A stretch of 39,567 bases of DNA from Limisphaerales bacterium (GTDB lineage Bacteria; Verrucomicrobiota; Verrucomicrobiia; Limisphaerales; SIBE01), in NCBI GenBank assembly GCA_044225505.1, contig JBGAIN010000068.1, positions 1 through 39,567 on the forward strand. The letters are read 5' to 3'. This document shows positions 18,098 to 28,932 of the stretch, piece by piece (the stretch's first letter is position 1; each line of letters starts with the position of its first letter). The notes under the pieces were generated by a model, which was given only the letters and a program-made list of their open reading frames with translations, did not search any database and was not told the origin of the DNA. The position numbers were made by a program, and so were the translations under genes.

Positions 18098-18790
18098 CTA
18101 CCTGACGTTGAGACTGAAAAGGTCGGAAGGCTTCGCCAAAAGGTATTTTGCGCCAGCCGCTTGCAGCTCCTCTTGGCTGCGATAACCCCATGAGACGCCA
18201 ATACTGAGCATCCCGGCCGAATTCGCGGTTAGCATATCCGTCCCGCTATCCCCGAAATAGAGGACCTCGTGGGAGGGGATTTGCCAAAGTGCAGCAATTG
18301 CGAGCGCACCTGCTGGATCTGGCTTTCGGGGCCGGTCCGGCCTCAAACCGAAGATCGGTTCGAACATTTTGTCACCAAAGAACTCGACAACGCACGGGCG
18401 TGTAAAGGCGTCAGCCTTGTTCGAAAGGACGGCGAGGCGGAGTCCGAGTGATTTCAACTGGTGGAGTAAGTCGAAGATACCAGGGTAAGGCTGCGCGGTT
18501 TTATTTAAGTGTCGGCGATATTCTATTTCCATCGTTTGCAAGCACTTAGCGACTGTTTCCGCGTCCTGCGCATTGTCTGGGAGCGCCCGCGTCATTAACA
18601 CTCGAACACCATCACCCACGAAATGCCGGTATTGCTCGATAGGGTGCAGCGGGAATCCATGGTGGGCCAGGACGGCATTTGCAGCGTTGCCGATGTCCGA
18701 CAGGGTGTCGAGGAGAGTGCCATCGAGGTCAAAGACAGCGCCGCGGAACTGGCTCAGCCAGCCGGTCGACGAATTTCGCATCGAGGTCAT
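18098..18790 (-). CDS. HAD-superfamily hydrolase (phosphoglycolate phosphatase-like)
   Basis: FDLDGTLLDT, LSNK, KPDP and GDSGTD motifs. Confidence 0.92.
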   Translation of the reverse strand: MTSMRNSSTGWLSQFRGAVFDLDGTLLDTLSDIGNAANAVLAHHGFPLHPIEQYRHFVGDGVRVLMTRALPDNAQDAETVAKCLQTMEIEYRRHLNKTAQPYPGIFDLLHQLKSLGLRLAVLSNKADAFTRPCVVEFFGDKMFEPIFGLRPDRPRKPDPAGALAIAALWQIPSHEVLYFGDSGTDMLTANSAGMLSIGVSWGYRSQEELQAAGAKYLLAKPSDLFSLNVR

Positions 18791-18987
18791 AAATATTTTG
18801 AAAGATTATGCCTGGAAGCCCCGTATACCCTATAGAAGAAAATTGAGAGACTACTCCCGCGGGAGTGGAAATACGTCAAACGGGACTAGGAAAGACTGAG
18901 GGAAACCGAAGGGATTGGGCTTGCCGATGGGCAAGAGGGTAACGGGTGCGGCGAATCTCGACCGAGTACTGGCCCATGGAGGTGTGA

Positions 18988-19022
18988 GAGCTGCTGGCTT
19001 CGCCAGCAGCTCCTGCTTTTTT
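18988..19022 (+). terminator. Rho-independent terminator with no upstream plus-strand gene
   Basis: 11-bp perfect stem GAGCTGCTGGC-TTC-GCCAGCAGCTC followed by CTGCTTTTTT. Confidence 0.7.
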
Positions 19023-19110
19023 AGGGGGTAAAAAGCAGTGAAAACGAACAACCAAACCAACACACTCGCGGCGTGCGAGTGCTGATTTAGCTTAGAGTCA
19101 GGCAGAGCAA

Positions 19111-19356
19111 TTACTTGCTAAAAAGCTTTGCCTGATTGGATTTGAGAAAGTCCTGCACTGTCTCCCGGCTCGCCATGTGGACGCGCAAGCCCCGCTGTCG
19201 CGGTTTAGGGGACATCGTATAGTGAATCAATGTTTTCCCTGCATCAACGATTTGGACGTAGGTCTCTTTGACCTTCCAGATCTGGCCTTTCAACAAGGGA
19301 TCGGCAGGCGCTGGGCGCCTCTTCCCACTCTCAACCTTAGCGGGATTTCGTTCCAT
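19111..19356 (-). CDS. Small basic hypothetical protein
   Basis: ATG 19356 preceded by AGGAAGGGG; globular-looking L.KGQIWK...YVQIVD.GK.LIHY segment; hairpin CACTCGC/GCGAGTG downstream (19063-19081). Confidence 0.65.
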   Translation of the reverse strand: MERNPAKVESGKRRPAPADPLLKGQIWKVKETYVQIVDAGKTLIHYTMSPKPRQRGLRVHMASRETVQDFLKSNQAKLFSK

Positions 19357-19693
19357 TAACCCCTTCCTGCGCCGGACGGACATTTGAGTTCCTGCTGATG
19401 ACCGTTGTTCCATAGCACGCGTCAGTATCCGCCCATTTCGGCCACAGAGCAAATCCGACTTGTGCGACGGAGAAATCTGCCCAGCGCCGGTCCGAGCTTG
19501 GTTTCATTAGAGCGTGAACTCCACGATTGTGAATTATTTACACCTCTGATTGTGACGCTTAGAACGTCCAAAGGTTTCACTAGACTACAGTAAGTCCCCC
19601 CTGCCTGCCAAGCTCGCTCTGAAACGGCTTTTTTCGATCGGCCATCATTGACAGCCAGGTTGTTTCCAAGCTTCACTCAGTACACTTTAGACC

Positions 19694-19930
19694 ATGAGTA
19701 CCATTCGTGCCGAATCCGTGGGCTATTACTCAATGCACGAGGCGCTAAAAGCCGCCGAACAGCTCATCGCGCTTCTGCAGCAAGAGCATCAACGTGGCTA
19801 TTTTCAACTCGAAGACGTCATTCTACGGGGCGAAGGCACCGATATTGTGTTCAGCGGAGCGGAATATCTCACGTTTGCCCTGAAAGGGGTTAAAGAAGCT
19901 CGGCTTCAGAGCCAGCCAGCGACGGAATAA
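19694..19930 (+). CDS. Hypothetical protein (78 aa)
   Basis: ATG start, protein-like composition, occupies an otherwise empty intergenic region. Confidence 0.55.
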   Translation: MSTIRAESVGYYSMHEALKAAEQLIALLQQEHQRGYFQLEDVILRGEGTDIVFSGAEYLTFALKGVKEARLQSQPATE

Positions 19931-20004
19931 CACTTCCAAGCGCGGCTACAATCACCTGCCAGGAGCCCGCCTGCCCCAAGAATCCTGAGATGCAAGGACG
20001 GTTT

Positions 20005-20041
20005 TAAATGGAAAGAGGCGACCCGTAGTGCGGGTCGCCTC
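20005..20041 (-). terminator. Rho-independent terminator
   Basis: 11-bp perfect stem GAGGCGACCCG-TAGTG-CGGGTCGCCTC (20015-20041), followed on the minus strand by TTTCCATTT. Confidence 0.7.
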
Positions 20042-20165
20042 ATCCCTGGTGGTGGTGCATCTACAATTTCGAGTGGATTCTCCACCGATGCGTCATTGGG
20101 TGCAATTCTGAGTTATTCACATTTCTTTCCGAGTCGGCTAACCTGTTAAACCACAGGTGCATAGG

Positions 20166-22745
20166 CTACGGAAAAAGCCGGTTCAACAATTGCCGGGCAA
20201 CCGGCCGTTCAGGCCTGGATTTTTCGAGTTCCTGGAGAAGTCGTTGCGCCTCTTGAGGATCCGATTTTGACTTCTGTACCGCCAGGGTGAGGCACTGTGC
20301 GTAGCCAGTATTAAAATGCGAACTGCGCCTGGCGCTTTCCAGATATTGCGCCACGGCATCGGCTGGTTTCCCTTCGAAGTCGGCGATGGCACCGCGCAGA
20401 TAAACGTTGCGAGCGGCAATGAAATCCCTCATGGCTTCGGCGAACGAATCTCCCGGCGCGAGTTGCAGCCAATCTTGAATGTCCGAACTCAAATCCAGAA
20501 ATGGGAGCAAGCGGCCGTACGGTTTGGCGGTTCCAACCCAGTTGAACCGCGCGGCACCGAACATCACCACGGGGTGATCATCTGTATTGATTTCAGCACC
20601 CTGAGAAAAGGTCCGCAGTGCTTCGGGGCCTGCGACAAAGCAACCGAGCAATTGAAAGATGTCCCGAATTTGTTCGGCCGCGAGGTGATCGAGTACTGCT
20701 GGGTCGCGCGCTCTTTGAGTGAAGTAATCAGGGCCAAAGCGTTCGGGCTTAAGCCCTCCGATTAGTCCAAGCACCGGCGTGTCGACATTGAAGCGGAGCA
20801 GGAACGCACTTGCTTCCGGAAAAGTTTTGAGAAACGTCGCCACGATCACCTGGACCATCCGCTCGTCCAATTGGAAGAGAGGGAGCCACTGGCAAACAAT
20901 TCCCTGCGGAGCCAGGTGACGCCGCATCATTTCGTAGTGCTCCGACGAATAGAGTGCCCCGGCACCATCACGCGCCGGATGGAAAAGGTCTGCCACAATC
21001 ACATCGTAGGTTTTAGGGCAGACCTGGATAAACCGGCGCGCGTCCGCGACCCAGACTTTATAACGCTCGCCTCCGGGTGGCAGGGCGTTTTCCGGCTCGA
21101 ACCAGCGCATCGCTTTCACCACTTCGGGTACCAGCTCCACCCCATCCGCTTGTGAAATCCCGTATCTGGCGGCGCTCGCGAAGGTAATTCCTGTGCCTAG
21201 CCCGAGAAACAGCGCGTTCGTGGGCGACGGATGAAGGAGGATAGGCAGAGCGCCGTGGCGTCGCTCCGCGGACGCTGCGCCCGTGCCGCCCATCACAAAA
21301 CGATTGTTGACCATCAAGCTGCGATTTCGGTCCGGATGCTCAATAACGGCGATCGAATCTGTCGGTCCGGCCTCGTAAGCGAGGAGCTTTTCTCCAGGTC
21401 TGACATTCACAAATCGAAAGTCGTTTGGGAGAAGGGGGGCCAGGCCGATCGCGAGCAACGCCGCGATTCGTGACGACAACGTCCTGGGCCAAGCCAAGAC
21501 GGCGTAGCTCCAAGCCAAGAGTACGAAGCATCCCTTCGGTCCGAGAAGCGGAAACAAGAGCACGCCGAAGAGCAGTGGCGCGGCGGCGGATCCCGCGGTA
21601 TTGCACGCCAGGGCAGTTCCGACGTTTATTGAGGTTTGGGCAGCGCGCTGCACCAGGTAGCTGAAGACAATTCCCATCCCGATGGTTGGCAGCAAGAAGA
21701 CGGCGCTCGCGGTAACCGCGTCCGCCAGCCAAAACCCCACCGTCTGCGATACCGACGCCATCCGCACCGAGTCATAGATGGAAGGCGCGAGGGTGAGCGC
21801 AGCGACGCCTTGAACGGTAGCTAATGCCAGCCCGGTAAACCAGGCACTGCGCGCAGCGGGGCTAGTCCAGCGCCTACCGAACGATTGGTAGAAAGCACCG
21901 CCGATCGCTGTCCCCAGCAGGTAAACCCCGAGCAGCGCCGCGTAGGTATAAACCGTGTTCTCCAGAACTTCCGCCAGCACGCGGACTCCGAGCACTTCGT
22001 AACCGATGCCCAAGAGGCCGGTGGCGGCGAGCGTCCAGCTCAACGCTCTCCTTTCAGCTTCGCGCGGCGTTTCACGACACGCTCGCTCCGGCGCTATTGG
22101 AACCTGCTTGATTAACAGGAGTGCGATCAGTCCGCAGAACAGGTTCAACGCTGAGCATCCAGCCACCGTCCGGGCAAATCCGCCGCTTGGTAAGGCCCAG
22201 CCCATGCAAAGCCCAATCCCGAAGACGGCCCCCACCGTGTTGGCGGCGTACAGCCCGCCCACCGTTCGGCCGTCTTTCGAGAGGAGGGCCGCGAATCGTT
22301 CCATCGCGGCAAAGGTCGCCCCCATCGCTAGCGTGGCAGGCAGCAGAACGGCCGCCGGCACGAGCAAGCTCACGAGCCATTGGCGCAGGGGGGAAGGCTG
22401 CAATCCGATCAGCTGTAACGCGCTCTGATTGCCTGGCGGAACAAGGAAGATCGTTACGATTCCCCACGCCCCAATCAGTAGTTCGAGAGAGCCGTAAATC
22501 CAACCGGGATGGCGTCGCCCTGAAACCAGATGTTGACTTATCCAGGCGCCTGCCGTCAGCCCAATGAAAGTGGCTCCGACCACGGCCAGGATAGCGGGCA
22601 TTTCGTGCCCGAGTCCGAGCGCAAACATGCGGGTCCAAGCGATTTGGAGCCCTAAACCGGAGGCACCGGAAAGAAAAAAGAGAGTGTGAAGAGCGAGAGG
22701 GGTTAACCGCGTGAACCAAGCGGGCCTCGATGAATCCGATTTCAT
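20166..22745 (-). CDS. Fused multi-pass membrane (MFS-like)/spermidine synthase-like protein
   Basis: LFFLSGASGL..QIAWTR and LYAANTVGAVFG membrane repeats; SAM-fold LFLGLGTGIT, GVELVPEV, DAR, YDVIVADLFHP and QWLPL motifs. Confidence 0.9.
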   Translation of the reverse strand: MKSDSSRPAWFTRLTPLALHTLFFLSGASGLGLQIAWTRMFALGLGHEMPAILAVVGATFIGLTAGAWISQHLVSGRRHPGWIYGSLELLIGAWGIVTIFLVPPGNQSALQLIGLQPSPLRQWLVSLLVPAAVLLPATLAMGATFAAMERFAALLSKDGRTVGGLYAANTVGAVFGIGLCMGWALPSGGFARTVAGCSALNLFCGLIALLLIKQVPIAPERACRETPREAERRALSWTLAATGLLGIGYEVLGVRVLAEVLENTVYTYAALLGVYLLGTAIGGAFYQSFGRRWTSPAARSAWFTGLALATVQGVAALTLAPSIYDSVRMASVSQTVGFWLADAVTASAVFLLPTIGMGIVFSYLVQRAAQTSINVGTALACNTAGSAAAPLLFGVLLFPLLGPKGCFVLLAWSYAVLAWPRTLSSRIAALLAIGLAPLLPNDFRFVNVRPGEKLLAYEAGPTDSIAVIEHPDRNRSLMVNNRFVMGGTGAASAERRHGALPILLHPSPTNALFLGLGTGITFASAARYGISQADGVELVPEVVKAMRWFEPENALPPGGERYKVWVADARRFIQVCPKTYDVIVADLFHPARDGAGALYSSEHYEMMRRHLAPQGIVCQWLPLFQLDERMVQVIVATFLKTFPEASAFLLRFNVDTPVLGLIGGLKPERFGPDYFTQRARDPAVLDHLAAEQIRDIFQLLGCFVAGPEALRTFSQGAEINTDDHPVVMFGAARFNWVGTAKPYGRLLPFLDLSSDIQDWLQLAPGDSFAEAMRDFIAARNVYLRGAIADFEGKPADAVAQYLESARRSSHFNTGYAQCLTLAVQKSKSDPQEAQRLLQELEKSRPERPVARQLLNRLFP

Positions 22746-22910
22746 CGAGGCCTGACTTTCAATGCGCGATTCCCGCTCGACGGCTGAGCGTTGGCCTTCC
22801 CGTCAACCTTGGCCCGCATCTTAACGAGAATGCCAGCCAAGGGTCGCCAGCTCGAGCTGAGACAACCAGCGCCCGAGTAACCAACGATTACGTTCCGTCA
22901 TCAACGTCAC

Positions 22911-23789
22911 TTAGAAGCTCAATTGCTCAAGATGCTTCAAGCTATTGGGGATTTGTTGCGGAGCGGTGGGAGATTCGTCTTCGATGAAATACCATTTCAC
23001 TCCCGCGTGCTTGGCCGCTTTCATAATGGCGGCTAAATCCATCTGACCTGTGCCGAGGGTGACGTCATTCGACACGTCGGTATGACCAGAGAGGTCCCCT
23101 TTGACGCCCTTCTTGAGGTCTTTGACGTGCATCAGTTCGAACCGCTTCCCGTACTTGTTCAACAACGCGACCGGATCCTGGCCCGGGTGCACAATCCAAA
23201 GAATATCCATCTCGTAGCGAACCAGATTCGGTTTGGTTTCGCTCAGCAACAGATCAAACAACGTGCCGTTGCCATGAGGCTGAAATTCGTAACCGTGGGT
23301 ATGGTAGTAGAATTTGAGGTTGTGTTTGGCGAGGGTCGCTCCGGCCTTATTGAAGACCGAGGCGGCTTCTCGGCAGAGTTTCTCGTCGAAATCTCCCGTG
23401 TGCGGAATCCAAGCACAACCGACGTATTCTAATCCCAGTGCCTTCGCGTCTTTCGCGATTCCTTCAGCATCGTCTCGGTAGCGTTCGTACGGAAAATGGC
23501 CGGCAATGGGCACGAGACCTTGCGCGGTCAAAGCTTCCTTGAACTTGTCCGGGGTCATGTTGTAAGTCCCGGCCAGTTCCACGTACTTGAAGCCCATATC
23601 CCGAACCGTTTTTAACGTCCCCGCCACATCTTTGGCAAAGTCGGCTCGAAGGCTGTAGAGTTGCAGGCCCACGGGGCCCTTAAAGCTCTTGCCAGTCCCG
23701 ACCGTGTGCGGTTCCGCGGCCGAGGTTGTAACCGCTGCCAACGCAACGGCGCTGGCTATGGGAAATATCCATCGCAGGGTAGTGTTCAT
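22911..23789 (-). CDS. Secreted sugar phosphate isomerase/epimerase family protein (TIM barrel)
   Basis: Signal peptide; [33 protein letters not shown] and IEDE motifs. Confidence 0.9.
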   Translation of the reverse strand: MNTTLRWIFPIASAVALAAVTTSAAEPHTVGTGKSFKGPVGLQLYSLRADFAKDVAGTLKTVRDMGFKYVELAGTYNMTPDKFKEALTAQGLVPIAGHFPYERYRDDAEGIAKDAKALGLEYVGCAWIPHTGDFDEKLCREAASVFNKAGATLAKHNLKFYYHTHGYEFQPHGNGTLFDLLLSETKPNLVRYEMDILWIVHPGQDPVALLNKYGKRFELMHVKDLKKGVKGDLSGHTDVSNDVTLGTGQMDLAAIMKAAKHAGVKWYFIEDESPTAPQQIPNSLKHLEQLSF

Positions 23790-23965
23790 GTTCGTTTTCT
23801 ACCATTGAAACGGACGAATGGGAAGCCCTGGCCAGTTAAGAACGCACTGGCGCCGCCTGAGAGAGTGCCCGCTGTCGCGGCTGGATCTTCCGCACGGTCG
23901 TCCGGTGTTCTGAGGATATGGAAGTAAAATAACAGTAAGGTCAAACAATGATTACAGTAAGATAG

Positions 23966-24042
23966 AATAGTAGAAACATAGTGAAACCATAGTGGAATCA
24001 TAGTGGAATCATAGTGGAATCATAGTTATACCATAGCAACGT
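23966..24042. repeat. 11-bp tandem repeat, consensus CATAGTGGAAT (3 exact plus 4 degenerate units)
   Basis: AATAGTAGAAA, CATAGTGAAAC, 3x CATAGTGGAAT (23988-24020), CATAGTTATAC, CATAGCAACGT. Confidence 0.9.
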
Positions 24043-24286
24043 AAGCACAGCTCTGCGGCCTGGGGCGCCTTTGGCTGTCGGTTGGATCTGGCACCTCTCT
24101 GAGTTTTGCCGTTTCCCATTCTCGGGACGAATGCTTCCCGGGATCGGAAAACAATCAGGCAGCCAAAGTCTGTGCCCAAGTCGATCCGAATACCACCGCG
24201 CCCCGATTCCGTGAGAACTGCGGCCTCGCGAAGGTTCACGCTGGAAACCTCGACCGCGGCACGGCGCTCCGGCAGAAGGAGAAAAA

Positions 24287-24303
24287 CCGGCACGACTTTT
24301 GCC
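24287..24303 (+). promoter_or_regulatory. Sigma54 (-24/-12) promoter of the ADOP permease
   Basis: CCGGCACGACTTTTGCC matches YTGGCACG-N4-TTGC, with GG at 24289-90 and GC at 24301-02 (GG-N10-GC), 30 nt before the ATG. Confidence 0.7.
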
Positions 24304-24332
24304 TCACAGCACGGCACCAGTTCACTACGATT

Positions 24333-26756
24333 ATGGGCTCTGTCCTGCACGACTTGAGATTCGCGAGTCGCCAATTGTTAAAGCACCGTGGCTTTAGCCT
24401 CATTGCCGTTCTAACTTTGGCGCTGGGAATCGGGGCGAATACCGCTGTCTTCAGTGTGGTGAATAGTGTTTTATTGCGACCCTTGCCGTGGCCGGAGTCG
24501 GACCGGGTGCTCAGTCTGTGGGAGGGAAGCAAAAGTAAAGGCCACACCAAAACGCCGATGGCGCCCCTCCAGTTTATGGACCTGCGGCGCGACGCGAAAT
24601 CGTTCGAAGCGCTGGCGGGATGGAATACGACCGCCATTAACCTAGTCTCGGAAGGCACTCCTCCCGTGCGCCATCAGGGCGCCGCTGTGACGGAAGATTT
24701 CTTCCGAGTAATGCGTGTCGCTCCCCTATTGGGGACGGGGTTTCGGGAGGAGCAATTCACCGCGGGCAAGGACGGTGTGGTGTTGATCGGGCATGCGATC
24801 TGGCAAGAGCGGTTCGGCGGGGCGCCCGATATCGTTGGACGGACCGTCCGCATCAACGGAAAGGTTCGCAGCATCCTCGGGGTCATGCCGCCGGCCTTTC
24901 AATCTCCGGCTAAGGCGCAGTTCTGGGTGCCGCGCCTTTTTTCGGGGTTGGAGAGAGAGGATCGCGACTACAAGGCGCTTCAGGTGTTGGGTAGGCTTGC
25001 GCCAGGGGTGAGCGTGGAACAAGCGGTGACGGAGTTGCACGCCTTGTATGGTGGGCTGCGCCAGCTTTATCCGGAGGTGCTCACGGGCTGGGACGTCACG
25101 GCGCATCCGGCTCTCGAGGATCTCGCGGGGCCCTTGCGGCCGACCTTATGGATGCTCTTTGCGGCGGTGGCCACGGTGCTGCTGCTGGCCTGCCTCAATG
25201 TGGCCAATCTGTCCCTGGCACGGGGTGCGGGACGATTGGGAGAGCTCTCGGTGCGCGCCGCGTTGGGAGCGGGGCGAGGGGTGCTGTTGCGCCAGTTGTT
25301 GCTTGAGAGTTTGCTGCTGGCCGCGCTGGGCGGACTGGTTGGGCTCCTGCTGGGGCGCGGACTTCTTGTCGGTCTGTTGGCCTTGGCTCCGGCGAACTTG
25401 CCGCGGCTCGACCAGATCACGCTGGACGGAGAGGCGTTTGCCTTTACGGCGGCGGCTTGCATGGTGACAGGCGTGCTTTTTGGAATCGTGCCTGCTTGGC
25501 GGCTCTCCGCTGTAAACCCGCTCGACGCGTTGCGCAAATCGGGATCCTGGGCGACAGCGTCCTCGGGATGGTTGCGTCCATCCTTGGTGGTGGTGCAAGT
25601 CGGTGCCGCGATGACCGTGCTCGTGGCCACAGGCCTGCTCTTGCGCAGCTTCGACCGCGTGTTGCGCCAGGACTTGGGGTTCAATCCTGCCCAGTTGATG
25701 ACCGTGCGTTTGGAACTCTCCCCGGCGAAATACGGGGCGGAGGGACGCCGGGATCAGTTTGCCGAGGAGGTTTTGCGTCGATTATCCGAGACTCCAGGCA
25801 TGGACGGGGCGGCCGTGAGCACCTTTCTGCCCTTCCAAGGATGGCCTCAGTTCATCATGCGCTTGGAAGAGTCTCCCGATGTGCAGATCAGCCACGCGCC
25901 AGCGACCGGTTACCAGGGGGTATCCCCGGACTATTTTCGCGTGATGCAAATGACGCTCCTCCAGGGACGCGGTCTCACGGACCAGGACCGCGAAGCGACG
26001 CGAAAGGTGGCCGTCGTCAACCAAACCTTTGCCCGACGCTTCTTCGGGACGCGCGACCCGATCGGGCAGCGATTTGAAGTTGGGATCACCGATCCGCCGA
26101 ATTGGCTGGAGATCGTGGGGGTTGTTGCGGACGCGAAAGGGCAGTCGCTCGAAGCCCAACCGGATCAGCAAGTGTTCGTGCCGTTGCGGCAGCAAGCTGA
26201 GTTCCTGAGGGACAATCCGGCGATCAGTGTGATCGTTCGGGGCCGGGGGGATCCGACGCAGTTAGCGGAGGGGTTGCGGCAAGCGGTTTGGGCTATCGAC
26301 AAAGATCAGCCGCTGCATCTATTGCAGCCGATGACGCAGGTTATCGACGGGCAAGCGGCCTACCGTCGGTTCACGGTCACGGTTTTGAGCGTGTTCGCCG
26401 GTGCCGCTGTTCTCCTGGCAGCGTTAGGGCTATACGGCGTCACTTCGAGTGGTGTGGTCGCGCGCACCCGCGAGCTCGGTATCCGCCTCGCTTTGGGCGC
26501 ACCTCGAGCTAGCGTGCGTTGGCTGATTTTGCTGGGCGGGCTCCGGCTGGTGGCGGGCGGAGTGCTGTTGGGAATGTTTGGCTCGTTTGCGTCGACGAGA
26601 CTGCTGCAAAGTCTTTTGTTCCAGGTGAAGGCGTTGGACCTCGCGACCTACGGGGCTGTCCCTCTTCTGTTGCTGACGATTGCCCTCGCTGCGTGTTGGC
26701 TGCCAGCGCGTCGCGCCACCCGGATCAATCCGAGCGATGCCTTACGCAGTGAGTGA
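24333..26756 (+). CDS. ADOP-family duplicated ABC permease (MacB/FtsX-like)
   Basis: [12 protein letters not shown]...[42 protein letters not shown] twice, C-terminal [16 protein letters not shown]. Confidence 0.93.
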   Translation: MGSVLHDLRFASRQLLKHRGFSLIAVLTLALGIGANTAVFSVVNSVLLRPLPWPESDRVLSLWEGSKSKGHTKTPMAPLQFMDLRRDAKSFEALAGWNTTAINLVSEGTPPVRHQGAAVTEDFFRVMRVAPLLGTGFREEQFTAGKDGVVLIGHAIWQERFGGAPDIVGRTVRINGKVRSILGVMPPAFQSPAKAQFWVPRLFSGLEREDRDYKALQVLGRLAPGVSVEQAVTELHALYGGLRQLYPEVLTGWDVTAHPALEDLAGPLRPTLWMLFAAVATVLLLACLNVANLSLARGAGRLGELSVRAALGAGRGVLLRQLLLESLLLAALGGLVGLLLGRGLLVGLLALAPANLPRLDQITLDGEAFAFTAAACMVTGVLFGIVPAWRLSAVNPLDALRKSGSWATASSGWLRPSLVVVQVGAAMTVLVATGLLLRSFDRVLRQDLGFNPAQLMTVRLELSPAKYGAEGRRDQFAEEVLRRLSETPGMDGAAVSTFLPFQGWPQFIMRLEESPDVQISHAPATGYQGVSPDYFRVMQMTLLQGRGLTDQDREATRKVAVVNQTFARRFFGTRDPIGQRFEVGITDPPNWLEIVGVVADAKGQSLEAQPDQQVFVPLRQQAEFLRDNPAISVIVRGRGDPTQLAEGLRQAVWAIDKDQPLHLLQPMTQVIDGQAAYRRFTVTVLSVFAGAAVLLAALGLYGVTSSGVVARTRELGIRLALGAPRASVRWLILLGGLRLVAGGVLLGMFGSFASTRLLQSLLFQVKALDLATYGAVPLLLLTIALAACWLPARRATRINPSDALRSE

Positions 26757-27008
26757 TGCGAGGCGGGAAAGTCGTCGGAGCACCCTATCTGGAATCGTCT
26801 CGTTTCTGTGGATCGCGCCTGGGTATGAAGCGCCGAACGCAAAGCGCACGCATGCGTCACCGCTCAATCCACCGCCCCTGGTCTTCGACACAGTTCGCAC
26901 GGCATCGCCTCAGGGAGAAAGCTCTGCTCGTCCCCTTTGACGCTTGCGCGGGTTTCTCGGGGCGATACTGTCGAACAACCAGTGAACCCATCCCTTAGTT
27001 CCGGTCCG

Positions 27009-28181
27009 ATGCCAACGACCGACGTTCCCAGAAGCGCTTCGCGCCTGGATTCAGTGGATCTTTTGCGCGGCCTGATCATGGTCATCATGGCGTTGGATCA
27101 CACTCGCGAATACTTCACCGCTGGAACTGCTTCGACGCGGGACGTCCACGCGCCTGCCCTATTCCTGACCCGCTGGATCACTCATTTCTGCGCGAGCAAT
27201 TTTGTGTTCCTGGCAGGGGTAGGGGCGTTCCTTTTCGTGGCGCGCGGGCGCGCGCTGCGCAGCGGAAGCCTGTTTCTGTTGACGCGAGGGCTATGGTTAA
27301 TCTTTTTGGAATTGACGGTGATCCGGTTTGGGTGGGGATTCAGTCTCTGGCCCGACCTGATCCTGCTGCAAGTGATATGGGCGATCGGTTGGTCCATGAT
27401 CGTGCTTTCGGCGTTGGTCTTTCTGCCCCGCCCGCTGCTGGGGAGTTTCGCGCTGGTTCTGATTGCCTGTCACAACTTGCTCGACCCGATCCAGCCGGCC
27501 GCATTCGGTTCATTCGGGTGGATTTGGAATCTCCTGCACAAAACGACGCTCTTTTCGTTGCCCGGCGGGATCCGAGTGCTGGCGCTCTATCCACTGGTGC
27601 CATGGATTGGCGTTCTGGCTGCGGGGTATACCTTGGGTCCGATCTTCCTCTGGCCGCCCGAGCGGCGCCGACGCGCCTTGTGGCGAACTGGGACCGCTGT
27701 GCTCGTCGTCTTCGTGATTCTCCGCGCGAGTGGCCTGTATGGAGATCCTGCCCCGTTTCGCGGGAAGGAGACGTGGATGGCGTCGATACTCGCCTTTCTC
27801 GACTGCGAGAAGTATCCGCCATCATTGCTTTTTCTTTGTATGACGATTGGACCAGCCTTGATCGCGCTGGCGGCTGCCGAGCATGTGCGAGGAAGAGCCG
27901 CGCAAGTCTTCGTCGTCTTTGGGCGGGTGCCGCTCTTCTATTATCTGGCCCACCTCTATCTAATTCACGGGCTGGCGGTGGGGTGGGCTTTGCTCAAGCA
28001 CCAGAACCCGCAATGGCTATTTCATGGACTGCCGCCGATGGCCAATCCCCCAGGTTGGGATATGAGCTTACCGGCGGTCTACGGGATGTGGGCGCTGGTG
28101 GTGGGACTGCTTTTTGGGCCGTGCGTATGGTATGCGCGGCTCAAACAACGCCGGCGTGACTGGTGGTTGAGCTACCTGTAA
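27009..28181 (+). CDS. DUF1624/heparan-alpha-glucosaminide N-acetyltransferase-like membrane protein
   Basis: RLDSVDLLRGLIMVIMALDHTR, TRWITHFCA, KYPPSLLF, GRVPLFYYLAH and WWLSYL motifs; in-frame ATG at 27009. Confidence 0.88.
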   Translation: MPTTDVPRSASRLDSVDLLRGLIMVIMALDHTREYFTAGTASTRDVHAPALFLTRWITHFCASNFVFLAGVGAFLFVARGRALRSGSLFLLTRGLWLIFLELTVIRFGWGFSLWPDLILLQVIWAIGWSMIVLSALVFLPRPLLGSFALVLIACHNLLDPIQPAAFGSFGWIWNLLHKTTLFSLPGGIRVLALYPLVPWIGVLAAGYTLGPIFLWPPERRRRALWRTGTAVLVVFVILRASGLYGDPAPFRGKETWMASILAFLDCEKYPPSLLFLCMTIGPALIALAAAEHVRGRAAQVFVVFGRVPLFYYLAHLYLIHGLAVGWALLKHQNPQWLFHGLPPMANPPGWDMSLPAVYGMWALVVGLLFGPCVWYARLKQRRRDWWLSYL

Positions 28182-28239
28182 GTGCTCGTCGTTCTTTTAC
28201 CAGCCAGAGATAGCGCCGGCGTTGCTTGCCGCCGCAGTT

Positions 28240-28932
28240 TCAGACGCCGACCTTTTCGATCTCTTGGTAAGCGGAGTTTAGCCACATCTTGACCCGCTGC
28301 CTGTCCATCAACCCGAGCAAATGGCCATTGTCTCCAGCATTTTTGGCCGCCCAGAAACTGCTGCTGCTCGCATCGATCTTCTGAATGGCTCCATCATGCA
28401 GCCGCTTGATCGTCGCCTGCCGGGCGCCCAGAGCCAAGGCTCGTTCTTCGACTCCAGACTGTTTGAGAATACTAAAATCGTCCCCGCGGACCTGATTGAG
28501 GACGAGCACGTAATTCAAACGGTTGCCGTACCGATCCAGCAGCTTGGCCAGAAGGTCGACCGAATCCTTGCCCGTATCCATGACGTGCCAGTAGTAGAGC
28601 TTGAAGCCAGCTTCGTCCGCCAGGTCCAGGACGCCGGAGTCTTCGATCCATTTGGTGAGGAATTCGTGAGTTTGCGCGGCCAAATCGACGAGGATGCGAC
28701 GATCGGGTTGTGCGACCGCCGCTTCAATGATGCTATCCATCATTTCGTAACGATCGACGGTCACAGGGGACGCAAAACCACTGTAAAAGCGCATCAACGC
28801 GCCGTGAGATCGATCCGTATCAAAGCCCAGGAAGGGGATTTGTTTGTCGATGAAATATTGAGCGAGAATCCGCGCTGCCATGGATTTGCCCACACCGCCT
28901 TTTTCTCCGCCGATCAAGTGAATGTTCGCCAT
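28240..28932 (-). CDS. ParA/MinD-superfamily P-loop NTPase (often labelled mobilization protein/MobD-like)
   Basis: Deviant Walker A GEKGGVGKS, FDTD and LVDLAAQ; ATG at 28932. Confidence 0.8.
   Translation of the reverse strand: MANIHLIGGEKGGVGKSMAARILAQYFIDKQIPFLGFDTDRSHGALMRFYSGFASPVTVDRYEMMDSIIEAAVAQPDRRILVDLAAQTHEFLTKWIEDSGVLDLADEAGFKLYYWHVMDTGKDSVDLLAKLLDRYGNRLNYVLVLNQVRGDDFSILKQSGVEERALALGARQATIKRLHDGAIQKIDASSSSFWAAKNAGDNGHLLGLMDRQRVKMWLNSAYQEIEKVGV

Noticed and set aside
23966..24042. Replication iterons or mini-CRISPR
   Set aside because: The units are contiguous with no spacers, and there is no rep, dnaA or cas gene nearby.
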